A stretch of DNA of 63,821 bases, filler included, from Collodictyon triciliatum (lineage: Eukaryota): assembly GCA_043381765.1 (NCBI GenBank). It is 10 parts of 10 records of this genome, joined end to end, with 100 filler letters (N's around TTAATTAATTAA, not from the genome) between each part and the next. Parts side by side here need not be neighbours in the genome. Positions count along the whole stretch, not along the records: positions 12,807 to 19,101 come from JBHJMP010004566.1; positions 19,202 to 25,493 come from JBHJMP010004569.1; 8 more parts are not named here. One strand, given 5' to 3'. Positions within the stretch are counted from its first letter, which is position 1. Each line of letters begins with the position of its first letter. The translations under genes and the position numbers were made by a program. This document shows, piece after piece, positions 13,056 through 25,593 of the stretch. The notes under the pieces are model-generated. The model searched no databases and was not told the DNA's origin. It was given only the letters and a program-made list of their open reading frames with translations.

Positions 13056-16000
13056 TGTAGTTAAAGCATCTTTCGGGTCCAAATCCGGAGATGAGTCTAA
13101 GATTGTTGCGAGAGTTTGATGGAGATGTGCAGCGACATATTCAGAGGCATCGCGACCTCCATGTCCATCGAAAACGGCAAAGTAGTCCTCGTCTGACTTG
13201 TCTCGAAACCCGCCATAGACAACCTAAAGGTATGGCGTAAAATTAAAATATAAGAGTTGATTTACAAACTTCAGCAGAGCTCACGCAATCGCAAGCGATG
13301 TGATTAGTTCGATTTATATTTGCAAATGAAAGGTATACGGCGCAGTCCTCCATCGTCGGGCGGTGTCCTTTCAGGTCTGCAACCCCAACATCAAATCGAG
13401 ACGACGGGCGGATAATTTTCTGACTGTGAGAACCTTGCGAAGCTGCAAATAAAATAATGATACTGATGAGCCCATATGTGAAAATGTGAGTCGCCGAAGA
13501 AAAATAATTGAAATCAAAGGCTGAATAGCGACAAGAGCCTGAAATTCTTGAATAATCTGCTATTTTAGAAAAAGAGCCGAAAAAGAGCCGAAAAAGAGCC
13601 GAAAAAGAACAGAAAAAGAACAGAAAAAGAACAGAAAAAGAACAGAAAAAGAACAGAAAAAGAACAGAAAAAGAACAGAAAAAGAACAGAAAAGGAAGCT
13701 TTATTTATTTCTTCCTTTTTATTTTTATTTTTATTGGTCATATACCTTTAGAATGATTTAACGCTTCTATTTGCATGAGCTAGAAGCAGACAAAAAAAGA
13801 GAGAATGAGAAAACATCGCCCGAAGGTAACGAAAATTGAAAAAGTAAATGTTGATTATTTTGTTTCTGGAAGGTCAGAGTCAAATGCAACCTTATGAAGA
13901 GGAATCTGTGAAAAGTTCCCGAAAACAGACATATGCCGACTGAAGCGTCGATTTTCGACAGGGGGAGGTGGAGAATCGGCAGACGATGCAGTTGGTGTTG
14001 TTGACTGATTAGAGTCAGTGGACGATTTTGCAGCTTTTGATATAGGGGACGCTGTGTTAGTTGAAGAGCTGTTTATAAATTTAAATAAACACAGCAAAAT
14101 TGATCGGACAGAGAAGATAAAATAAGGGATGGACTCGTAGGAAAGGCTCTGCAGATGAGATAAAAAGACCGTCGGCCAATCCGTTGGTCAAATGAGAATT
14201 TGATATGATGGTACTTTAATGCAAGGTTGATTCTGAAGTTAATTTTTAGTCTTTTTCGTTATATAAGGACAATCATCACCTGGTGCCACGGTGATATTTG
14301 TTTGACTGCGATAGGAACCTTTCATAGTCTCCATTTTCTTCTTAAACTCACGTTTTGGTGTTGTATTCAATAGCTCTTTAATGACATCTCGAATAATCTG
14401 CGAAATAAATCAATAAATTGATGGATAAGAAAACCAAACGATCTTTAAATCAAATAATAAAGAAAAATGAAAAGAAACACAATTTGTATACAATCAAGCA
14501 CTATCGTTGTCAAAAAAAAAATCAACCTGATTTCTCTCCGTTATATAGCGCGACCTTTGACTATGCGTCACATCCTTACACAAATGGAAGTCGACTCGGA
14601 TATCGGTTATTGTTGAGTTAAGATTCAATTTACTGATAATCACAGCAATCCCGTCTTCATTGGCTGAATTCGATATGAGATTCAGACTATTCATTAAAGG
14701 ACTTAATTAAAACAAACGTTGCGAAAGTGAGACCATATATACTTTAACAGAGTATTTCTTCTTTCCTTCCATGAATTCAATTCCAAAATTTACCACCGGA
14801 ATATTGAAATATTGATTGAATTTAACCTCAGTAAAGTTGTATTCGCCACCAACATTTCGCCGGCAGCCACCATCGTTTTGTTTCCCAGTTTATTAATACT
14901 TAAATCAATCATTTTCAATGTCGAATTTCCTGCAACAGCTTCCATTAACATCTTTCCGCCCTATTTCAAAGACAATTAACAATATAAATCGAAATAGACC
15001 GATCTTAAGAAAACAAAGATGAAGGTTGTATGCTATTTTTTTCATCGTTCATTTTCATTGCAAAATCATGTACAAAATAGAGATACCAACATATAGCTTC
15101 TAACCTCATCATCGATTGAATTCATGGATAGATCGAGAGCAACAATAGGCAACATAGCTTCTTCACGTATTATTAAAACGATGTTCCTTTTAAATGTGTG
15201 TAGAGGTCGATGATTAGTTAGTTAAAAACATCAGTATTGCTCAAATTGATGCTCCACTCCCTGCTAAATAAATAAAGTTTACAATCACTGATAAAAAAAA
15301 AACTCGTACTCGACTGATGCAGACGTGAGTCCATTATCTCTAAGTGATAAGACGGTAATCGGGCATGTAAATATCTTGCTGGGAACAGTCTCTGGAACTG
15401 ACTGATTTCCCATCGCTTCGATGATGAATAAAAAGCTTGAAACAACCTTTGAGACTAAATGACAATAACAGTTAAATGATAGAACCGACAGTTTCTTCTC
15501 CTTTTTTTTTCTGATAAAATTACTGAGAATATAGCATTTTTGCAGCATTATCCGTTAACATACAGTTCTCATCCTTCAACTTCTCTCCAGCCAAGTGAAG
15601 AGCCTGATCTTTCCCTTCCACGTCAAACTGCATCGTAATACATAATATACGAGAATGATTGCAAATGGACTTCAAAATTTATCCGATTATTTGAACCACT
15701 TGTCTTTCTTTCCTTTTGATTATCATGGAGCTATTTACACTTCCAATATAGAATAAGGAACAAAAAAAAAATCATTAAAAAACCAACATTTCGAAGAGCT
15801 GCTTTGAAAATATTCAACACATCCTCATATTCTTGAAATGTTGCGTTAAGGATTTTGCCCTGTTCAATAAAGCAATAAATCAATAATTATAAGCAAATAA
15901 ATCGACTTCATAGAAGCCAATTATGCACACCATGATATCAGCAAATAGTTCATTTGCAGTATGTCTTGATATCACATAAGAAAGTGTAATTGACTATGCT

Positions 16001-16296
16001 CTGTCTTTTTCATGCCAAATCCAACCCTGATGAAAATAATGAACAGAATAAATGATCAAAGAAACACCTCTTTTAGTAGCGTCTCAAAAGCGTCAAAGAT
16101 GGTTTTCGGTGGCGCAGTACACGAGTCTCGGCTGGGTGCTATGGGGAGTTTGAATTACAAATATGTTTAGTCACCTTTGAATGAAAAAAAAAAAACACAT
16201 AAGAAAAAAGACAATTAATGAAGCATTCATGTATCTTCTTTCGTTCATACAGGCAGCTTTTGGTGACTTTGGAGTTCGTGACGTCTTGTTTCCCAT
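13056..16296 (-). CDS. N-myristoylated RNI-like LRR + PP2C (PPM) protein phosphatase, 3'-partial
   Basis: Start MGNKTSRTPKSPKAA at 16296. LRR exons VLSLRDNGLT, ALDLSMNSIDDE|GGKMLMEAVAGNSTLKMIDL. PP2C motifs KGHRPTMEDC and YFAVFDGHGGRDASEYVAAHLH. Truncated by the contig end. Confidence 0.85.
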
Positions 16297-17870
16297 TCAA
16301 AGTTCCTCTTCTTTTTTTTTCTTTGCGGTCCCTGCGTTTGACTTTGTCACCCAACCTAAGAGGATATTCTGATAATTACTTCATGAAAACAGTATTCTAA
16401 AGCAGCCCTTTGTCTTTTCTTTCTTTCTCTTTTTCTCATTTACCCCACCAACAAGAGATAAATAAATAAAAGAAAAAGCATAGAAAAAGCATAGAAAAAG
16501 AAAAGAAAAAGAAAAAAAGAAAAAAAAGAAGAGCGAATAGCACAAAGACAGGGCAGCGATCGTATCGTTCCGACTCTTGCTCTAGTACGACTTTGCCCAC
16601 GATTAGATAATCATCGACAGGTTTGATAAAAGATCAGAGTTTCGCACAGGTCAGTTCAATTCAGGAATGTTGAAGTAGACAACAACTTTTGTTGCAGAGA
16701 GCCCGCTCATAGTAAATCACAAACCCGTCCTGTCATATCCCACCAGCCAAACGAGTCCAAGATCAGGTTCTTATCGAAACTCACACAGAGTCCAGGTTTG
16801 TGAGACTCTGTGTTTATCTCAAGACGGAGTCCACTTCCCTTCTTTTTCTTCTCTCTCTCTCTCTCTCTCTTTCACTCACTCACTCACTCCTTTCGTTCTT
16901 CTAGCCCCTTTCTATTTGTTTTGCAAGTTGCAGGAAAATCAGCGGTGGGCGCTCTGCCTTCTCCCAAAGTCCGACTTTGTCCTGTTGCTGTTTGGATTAT
17001 GGCAGCACACAATCGGCTCGGTCGTGGGGAATCATGCCATATAAGATTTCTTAAGATGGAATATACATATTAGGCATGACAAACTGGTTCTGTAAACAGC
17101 CTATCGAAGCACAGCAGCATGCGAGTTGGCTGATAGCAGTAATGCGATAGTTTTATTGCAAATGGATGGTTTGTTTTCCAAGGAGGAATCATAATGACAT
17201 TTATCAATATCGGTTGCAATGAGAATCGACCTGAACTCAGACATTTCTTTAAAATGCCTGTTAAATATATATTCCAGAAATAATCAAATACAAATAGATA
17301 TGTGAGGATATGTATAAATCATAAATTTATGTATTAAATATGCAACCAAAATTTATTTGTAGCATATTTATTGCATTTGTAAGTGAGTTCCACAAATATC
17401 AAGACTGTGTCGCCAACACTTTAAGCTTCTGAACGTTTTCATCGTGTTTGCACCTTTTCTCAAATACAACACGCGGGAGCGAGACCAGTGATACAAGTAA
17501 CAAAGCAACCAGGCGATTGGTCGTGGCTTCCGTGCTGAGGCACTTCTCAACTCTTGCCTTTTCTTCTGTCTTTCTTCAGTTCCATATATCCACATGCCCG
17601 TTCACCTTTTGGGTTTTATATATAGTTCTTTGTTCATTAGAAGGAGTGTTATTATTGTACCGGCGTCTTCACAATGCCGTAGACAAAAATCGACTTCCAC
17701 CTCTCAAAAACTAACATCACTAGAGTTTTACTATTCTTTTATGAGAAGCTGAGATTTTGGCTGTCCATTTTACTCGCAAGAAGCCTACTGCGCATATCAC
17801 AACAAGATCTTCTATGTATGCAATTGTATGTGCGGTGTACTTTTCCTTTCCTCTGTGGAATCTTCTTTCA

Positions 17871-18078
17871 AGAAAAAAGGAAAAAAAAGGAAAAAAAAGG
17901 AAAAAAAGGAAAAAAAAGGAAAAAAAGGAAAAAAAGGAAAAAAAGGAAAAAAAGGAAAAAAAGGAAAAAAAGGAAAAAAAGGAAAAAAAGGAAAAAAAGG
18001 AAAAAAAGAAAAAAGGAAAAAAAAGGAAAAAAAAGGAAAAAAAAGGAAAAAAAAGGAAAAAAAAGGAAAAAAAAGGAG
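17871..18078. repeat. (A7-8GG)n purine tandem repeat
   Basis: Direct reading; source of spurious K/E- and F-rich ORFs. Confidence 0.95.
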
Positions 18079-20125
18079 AAACTCTCGCAGTCAAATAAGA
18101 ATGTTGTGATGTATTTTTTCTGCTGCGTTTGTCCAGCAGTATCACACAACTTTATTCCAATTATTTTCTGTTTCTTTTTATATCTTCATTTACCTCATCA
18201 CAATGATATATCCTTACGTATTCATCTAAACTGAACCATCTTTACTGAATTAAAACTGAAACGTGGTCTTATTATTTTAAAAAAACCAAAAATATGTTGC
18301 ATATCGGTTACATATCAAGTAATATTGGGTTTATTTTATGCAAAGTTTTAGTCAGGCCACAACTATGCCTCCCATACTCACCACTCCAGCCCAATTATTA
18401 CCGAAAAACATATACAGTTTATATTATTCATATGTTGCCGCGTGATAAGCGCGCGCCTGTCCCATGCCGATGTTATCGATCTACCACTCGTCTCATCGCA
18501 ACATGATGCAATTTCTGACATCGTAATGGTGTTCGTTTCTTGAATACCTAAATCAGAGTTTCATTTCAAATGGACTGATGTATTCCCTTACGTTATCGAG
18601 TTTGAAATGAATCATGATTTGAACGTTATTATGTAGTTTCTTTCTTCTTTTCTTTTCGTGGGGGCAGAGCATAGCATATCTGATACAGATGCACCTTTCC
18701 CTCTATCGTTTTTTTTTTTGACTCGACTTAAGACACAAAACAGTCTGTTAATCAAGAATATGGTTCTTAATTATATATATGGATTCATTACAAAAGTATA
18801 GAGGAGCAACAAAAACCAACTTTTTATGACCTTCCTTCAACCTCGACACGCATACATATACCCACACAAACATACACACGCAGACGGGCAGATAAAAAAG
18901 ATAAAAAAGATAAAAAAGATAAAAAAGATAAAAAAGATAAAAAAGATAAAAAATAAAAAGGATAAAAAAAGATAAAAAAGATAAAAAAAGATAAAAAAAG
19001 ATAAAAAAAGATAAAAAAAGATAAAAAAAGATAAAAAAGATAAAAAAGAAAAAAAAGATAAAAAAGATAAAAAAGATAAAAAAAAAAAAAAAAAGAAAAA
19101 ANNNNNNNNNNNNNNNNNNNNNNNNNNNNNNNNNNNNNNNNNNNNTTAATTAATTAANNNNNNNNNNNNNNNNNNNNNNNNNNNNNNNNNNNNNNNNNNN
19201 NTTTGGTTTTTTTGGTTTTTTTGGTTTTTTTGGTTTTTTTGGTTTTTTTGGTTTTTTTGGTTTTTTTGCAGTATACAAACATGAGAGGCTACTACGTACG
19301 GCGCTTCGACATAGAGCCAGACTTTGGTCGCTGCATCCTTTTGCTTCCTTTGCTGTTATTGAACTAATTAATGAGTGTGTATGTATATATATATGTGTGT
19401 GTGTTCGGTGCGAGTTAAAAGCTCGGGTAGTATCACGAATGTATAAGAAAAAGAAATGGAAATAGAAAAGGAACAGAGGAAAAGTAGAGCACAAAAAAGT
19501 GAAAGGGGCACAGAGATTGAGGAATACAGCGAAGGAAGCCGAGCGCGTGGATGGAGAAAGATTACAACACGAAATAGAGTCAGCGTATAATGCTGATCTG
19601 TCTGGCGTAAGTTGTAATTTGACGCGTCTTAGCACAACGGGTCAGAAGGCGATCAAAAATGGTATGAATTCGCCAGCAACCACCTTCCTCTGTTTTTCGT
19701 TTGTTTTTTTCTATCCTGCCTGTGCTTCTGTATTACTTTCCTTTTTATTTGCTTATATGGGGCGAGTGGTGATATAGGAAGTGGGCAATAAAGAGGCAAT
19801 AATACATTCATACAGATAGAAACGAACGACAGGTGAGTAAAGGGCTCATAAGAAGCGGGGTTCATCCAGAAACTGCAATCCACGGCACATTAGGAAGAGG
19901 CTGTGTTTGGAGCAAAAGAAAGCCGTAGCTGACAAAGGTTAGAACCATGTCCTTATTACGCACACGCAAGATGATACGTGCATTTGAATAAGTGATATCC
20001 CATGAGAGAGCACGTGATGCAATTGAAGAGTGTGCGCTCGTCTGTGGTGAATAAAAGGTAGTGAGTTATGAGCATGAAAATAGGGGAACTGGAGCGCCAG
20101 TTTATTTTAATACTACGCTACATAT

Positions 20126-21176
20126 TTATATGAGACCTACATCAGAGTTGAGCCTCAGATGAAAAAGAAACCCATTTATTCTTGCAACGTAAGTGCCCGG
20201 AATTTGCGGGGTGGACGGATAACGGGCTTCCAGGCGGGCGTTGTGGTAAGGTATACGTGAACCGTCCGAGAAGTTTAGCAAGAGATTGTGGAATGACGAG
20301 GGCGAATTGCCCAGGGGTACTGACGGCGCTTCTGGGTCTTTTGTGATTGACTGCAGTTTTATCTGTGTTGGTCGCGTCAAAAGCGACGAATGCTATTTTT
20401 GCAATTGTAGGAGTAAGATTTAAGGATGACTACTCAGCCTCTGGGAAAGCTTTAACCGGTATTAGTTCATTTCTGGCAGATGAAAGTAAACCGATAGACT
20501 TTTGCATGGACCTTACATAGAAAAGGAGACGGCCAGTGGATGTGAGAAGAAGATGTGCGTGGACTGAGTAAGGGTCTTTTCCAGGCGACGTCAAGGCGAG
20601 TATAGCGTGATGTGCCGCAGCAAAAGGTAAGCTGGTTTCTTGAATGGGGGGCGTCTCTTGCGAACTACTGCAGCTGCTGTTGAAATTAAGCAGGACATAC
20701 GCATTAAAAAAAAAATAAGGAAGGTTGTCATTGGAGAGCATTTTGAGGAAGGAAGCACCTCTAGGAAATTCTACTCGAAAAAGATGTATTTGGGTGAGTG
20801 TACGTTTAAGAGGCCTAGTACCTATGATGGTTTCTAGCATCATCGTAAGTTTCGTCTGAAATACGTGCCCGTTTCGACTCGTTGGACGAATCACTTGACG
20901 TTGATTCTTTCCTGGTTCGTGATTCGGTCCATCCTGTGTCGAGGTTAGGTGGTGAATATTAGAAAACGAGTACAAGCGATAGAACCAACTCTTTTTGGTG
21001 TGCGTTATGGACACAAATAAACTGTTGCTCGCACTTACGCATCGAATAAAACGACTGGTATTCATCACGTTGAGGACGGGGAAAAGCTGAAAAGTAGGAA
21101 GGAGAATCAAACCGTCCAAGATAGACTGGATTCCTGGAAGGGGTGGATACGCAGATGTGACGTTTACAGAAGACAT
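20126..21176 (-). CDS. Hypothetical protein (248-aa open frame plus probable downstream segment)
   Basis: Non-repetitive 747-bp ORF in AT-rich DNA, followed ~50 bp later by an 84-aa ORF on the same strand; no domain recognised. Confidence 0.4.
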
Positions 21177-23010
21177 TCGTCCACAGTTGAGGGTTGTCTA
21201 TGCAGAGAAAAATGACTTTGTGTAAAGGCTTCGTGTAGTAGATAAAAGGCGTTCATTGAGAACAAAAGTGATGGATAGGATTGAGTTAGCGGAATAATCG
21301 ATTATTTGTCCCAAGCTTCACGAGAGAAAATCGTAACCTAATCACATGGAACAAAAAAAATTGTGAAAGGATGGGAAAAAAGCGCCTGGGGATTTGAATG
21401 GAGCTCAAGGCAATAAACCTTTCCTCAAGCATACGGTGCATTTTGTTTTTGTTCCATCATTTTTTGATTGCGTTTTGTTTTCGTGAACTTTTTTTTGTTA
21501 TCTTTTTCCTAGGGCTTTTCTGTCTTTTTGTTTATCTTGTTATTGGGTGTATGTTGGGTGTTTCTTTGTTTCGAAGGCGTGAGTCATGTTGCTCGGGTTG
21601 GTTTTGGATGGCGCAGTATCCAGCAAACGGCATTCTTTGGTATTAGGTTGAGTCGATTGTCGCTGGTGGTTGAAACTCCAGAGAGCAAAAAGACTTCGTC
21701 TGTGATGAAAGATCGACATGTTTTAGAATCCTTTGCCAGTCGTTTATATATCCTGTCTTTTTTTTAAAAAAAAAAAATTAATCATATTGTGCGCTTTCTT
21801 AATAAACACTCGCCCTGTGTGCTTGTGTCATTCCCTTTTTCTCTCCGCATTGAAGAATTTTTTTGGTGGAAAAAACAAAAACAAGGACGGGGGAAATGTT
21901 GTTTGATTGGGTTATCTAAGTCCAGAAACGAAATTTTGTTCCTGCGTAGCCGAATTCGTCACTATAGCAACGAATAGCGCTTGGGTATCCCGATTATCTC
22001 ACGCTTGTCACTGCAATTTGATGAGACCTTTATTTTTATATTTGACTCGCTTGGTATATGTCTCACACGCTTGCCACTTGATAGAACTAGAGTTGAACGA
22101 GTTGGCTTAGCCTGAGGCTAGTAGGCTGCTTGGACACGGGAGTGCATTGATTGGGGAAGGTTGGCACTCTGTTCTCTCTACATGGCGTCGGTTGTCGTTC
22201 ACTCTCTCGATCACTCTCTCGATCACTTTTTCGATCACTCAAAAAAACCACGAACGTCTTTCATTGCGCGCCATCGCAGCTTTCTTAACCAGACTTAGCG
22301 GAGAAAAAACGAGAGCGCCAAGAGAGAGAATCAATTACGTTTCGTGCCAGAGAATGGTAAGAAGAATTACCAAATGCGGACATAAATACAAAATGCAAAT
22401 GGCTGGGTATGCTTTCTTCGACTCTCAGCTATTCCCAAATGTGGATTACCAGCCAAAGAATCTACTTTCTGAACGCCTGCCTGCTAAAGAATGAGTTCGT
22501 TGGATGTGTAGGTACTCGTTGGAAAAGGGTGGAAAGTTCCGCCGTTGAATCGTCCAGATCTGCTCCAATCTATCCATTTTCGGCAACTCATAGACCGTGC
22601 GGTTTCCTGTGCGTTCTCTTGACATTTTTCGTGCCATGCGAGCGCAAATGGTTAAAAATTGGGAAAAGAATCGCTTTCAAAACGTCAGATGCCACGTCAT
22701 GAGGGGTCACTCGTACAGATCGGGTTACATATCATTTAATTTTGCCCATATTATATATCAACTATGCTTATTTTATGTTCATATTGTGTATTACAAATTA
22801 CAAAATTATATAGACAGTATTTTATATTGGATAATATGTGTTTGTATTATAATTTCCATATTTGAAAAGCCGTCTTCCTTTGATCCAGATTCTTTGGACA
22901 CCTACAACAGAGCTCGGCATTGATCAGAATCTGGGGAGCTAGCTGGGTCGAGGAAGATGAATCAACAAAGCCACAAAGCGCAAGAACGAGCCAGCCACCT
23001 AACCCCTGCA

Positions 23011-24806
23011 ATGAAGAGCGTCCCATATTTTTTGCTCTGGGCAACAGTAGTAACAGTCTTTGCGGCAGCAGTGCGTGCAGAGTAAGTCCACTCCAACGAA
23101 CCCGACTAGTCATCCTGCAAGGATGTTTTTTTTTTTCATCTTCTCCAGCTTTGTTTTCCGCAGGAAGTAATACTAACTGTGGCACAGTGTCACCAGTCCA
23201 TTGTTCGTACAAAGCCAAATGATTCCTTATAATGTCCTCTGATTATAATTGGTGTTTGATGCAGTGAGTCAGATCAAGATGCAGGAGCGCAGAGACAAGC
23301 ACCAACATCAAAGATCGAAGGGCGCATCGAATTTCGAAGTAAGTCTTCTTGTGTTATCTTGCACATGAATTCTATAGGGTCAAATAATTTTCTCCTTTCT
23401 CTCTCTAATTTATTTCTTTATTCAAGTGGCTCATAAGAGAAAATAAAAAGTCTGGAAAAAGCAAACGACCCAGTCTGTGTGAAAAGCTTATTGTCTAGCG
23501 AAGGAGTAACCATTCATTGTGCTAACCTATTTTCTTTTCTCTGACAAGCACCTAGATTCAAGACTGAGGATCAGATATACGTTAGTTTGAACGGGAACAA
23601 ATACTACTCCCCCTTGAAATATGACGGCTCATTCTCGTTGTAAGCGACATTATGAAATCATGTGCACAAAATACTCTGACACTATATGATTGAGCACATT
23701 TCCTTGAATCGAATAAAGGAAAAGAATGATTGAACACATTTGTTTTGTATGGTATCTATTGACTTGATTAACATTCTGTTGTATTTAATCGAATAAAGGA
23801 AAAAAAAACATTCTGTTGTATTTCAAACTGTCTCTAACTATCCCTGCAACTATGTAAGCCATAATGTGAAACCTGGTACGTACGTCCTTGAAGTCCACTC
23901 GACTTCATATTTCTTTCGATCGGTACGTGAAACAATATCCACGATTCATACAACAATCAGTTTTTTTGGACGATTCATCATTCTAGGGGAAAAAAATCAT
24001 CCTGCTTTGATAATATCCCCTTTTACATATATTGAGGCTTCATGCGTTATCTGTAGTTGCCTATTTATTGAGAGCAAAGGAACTTGTAAATCTTTCGGAT
24101 AACAAGTATCCTATATGACACACTCAGGTGACTGACAAATATCTTCTGCTCAGATTCGAGTTGAAGTCAGTTCGAAAGTGGCCGGAAAAGTGAAGCTGTC
24201 TTACCTTTCAGGATCACAATCACCGCTCAGCCATCCACTTAGAATCGTGGCCGAGAAGGAACTAGATTATTTTGAGGTACCAGCCTTTGTGCTGATAATT
24301 TCACCGAAAAGCTGTATCTTCTGCACTGAATGAGCAGTCTCAAAAATCTCTGCAAAAGTAATCACAGAACTAGGTTTATCTAGCCGAACATCGACGAGTT
24401 CAAAAAAAAAAAACATTCATCGCTAACTAATTTTTTTTGACAAAATGTCACCAGCCCCGCGAGAGTTACAATTTCCTAGCGATGTTTTCGAATCCGATGG
24501 CAATCATGGTTCTTGTGTCTGCCGGCCTCATGTTTGTGTACCCAAAGCTGATGGAAAATATGGGTTTGTTACATGCTACCCCACTCATTACAGCAGTATT
24601 CTTTTTTTTTTTTTTTTAACAAGCACACTAAAATAATCCATTTTTTAATGTGCTTTGGTTTATATCTGAATCGAATATTAATATTCACCACGTGGTGATA
24701 CCTAGACCCAGAGGCCCTGAAAGACATGCAGAATGGCCTTGCTGCTCTCCAAAATCCGACTGCCGCTCAACCATCAGCTTCTGCGGGTGGACAAAAGAGA
24801 TCTTGA
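23011..24806 (+). CDS. EMC7: ER membrane protein complex subunit 7 (7 exons)
   Basis: Signal peptide MKSVPYFLLWATVVTVFAAAVRA; KIEGRI; DGSFSFHNVKPGTYVLEVHSTSYFFRSIRVEV; YFEPRESYNFLAMFSNPMAIMVLVSAGLMFVYPKLMENMDPEALKDMQ. Confidence 0.92.
23686..23741 (+). mobile_element. Micro-retroinsertion copy 5 (24-bp insert, 16-bp TSD with 1 mismatch) in EMC7 intron
   Basis: ATGATTGAGCACATTT / CCTTGAATCGAATAAAGGAAAAGA / ATGATTGAACACATTT. Confidence 0.85.
23770..23823 (+). mobile_element. Micro-retroinsertion copy 6 (20-bp insert, perfect 17-bp TSD) in EMC7 intron
   Basis: AACATTCTGTTGTATTT / AATCGAATAAAGGAAAAAAA / AACATTCTGTTGTATTT. Confidence 0.9.
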
Positions 24807-25593
24807 AGAGAAAGGGAAGATAAATAAATGGTCTTCTCTAGGGCACTATCTTCATATTCATTTTCCGCGGTTACAGAGATACAGAACCATCTGTGTTTCC
24901 ATCATGTTATATTCTCCAACCAACGAATGCAGATAGGTACATTTATGTCTTTTGTTTTATTTGCTTCTGGCTTATATTTGCAAACGTTGTTGCTTGAAAG
25001 AATCGTGGTGGGAGATTCTTTGTTATCGGATTAGGGCCTTCCGGTTTTACCTGCATCCAGATACTTGTGGTTTCGAGAATAGGTTGAAGATAAAGATAAA
25101 CATAAAGATAAAAGAAAAGATAAAGATAAAGATAAAGAAAAAGAAAAAGAAAAAGAAAAAATAGAAGAAAGAAATGACATTCCATTCTAGATCTGTGCTT
25201 TCTGAGAATTCATTAGCCTTTCGTAGTATTAGAAGCCCACCACCATTTTTGTTTCTGCCAACACGAAATAAAATCCGTCCAGGGACGGAACAATCGCGCA
25301 TCGTAGGATCGCGTTCTGGTGCTTTGTCGGAAACTGTTCTGAGCTTCACAAATAAGAGAAAAAGAAGAATAAAAAAAGAAGAATAAAAAAAGAAGAATAA
25401 AAAAAGAAGAATAAAAAAAGAAGAATAAAAAAAGAAGAATAAAAAAAGAAGAATAAAAAAAGAAGAATAAAAAAAGAAGAATAAAAAAAGAAGNNNNNNN
25501 NNNNNNNNNNNNNNNNNNNNNNNNNNNNNNNNNNNNNTTAATTAATTAANNNNNNNNNNNNNNNNNNNNNNNNNNNNNNNNNNNNNNNNNNNN

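Noticed and set aside
15995-15997. In-frame TAG in an apparent LRR-PP2C exon (GWIWHEKDRA*SITLS), suggesting stop-codon reassignment
   Set aside because: The TAG is a phase-compatible splice acceptor. TAA, TAG and TGA all appear as terminators elsewhere, and no conserved exon I translated contains an internal stop.
23977-24003. Further minimal insert candidates (23977-24003, 50183-50225, 50339-50382, 55422-55449)
   Set aside because: Only GG(A)n-like cores with 8-10 bp, mostly imperfect direct repeats; could arise by chance in AT-rich DNA, so not counted.
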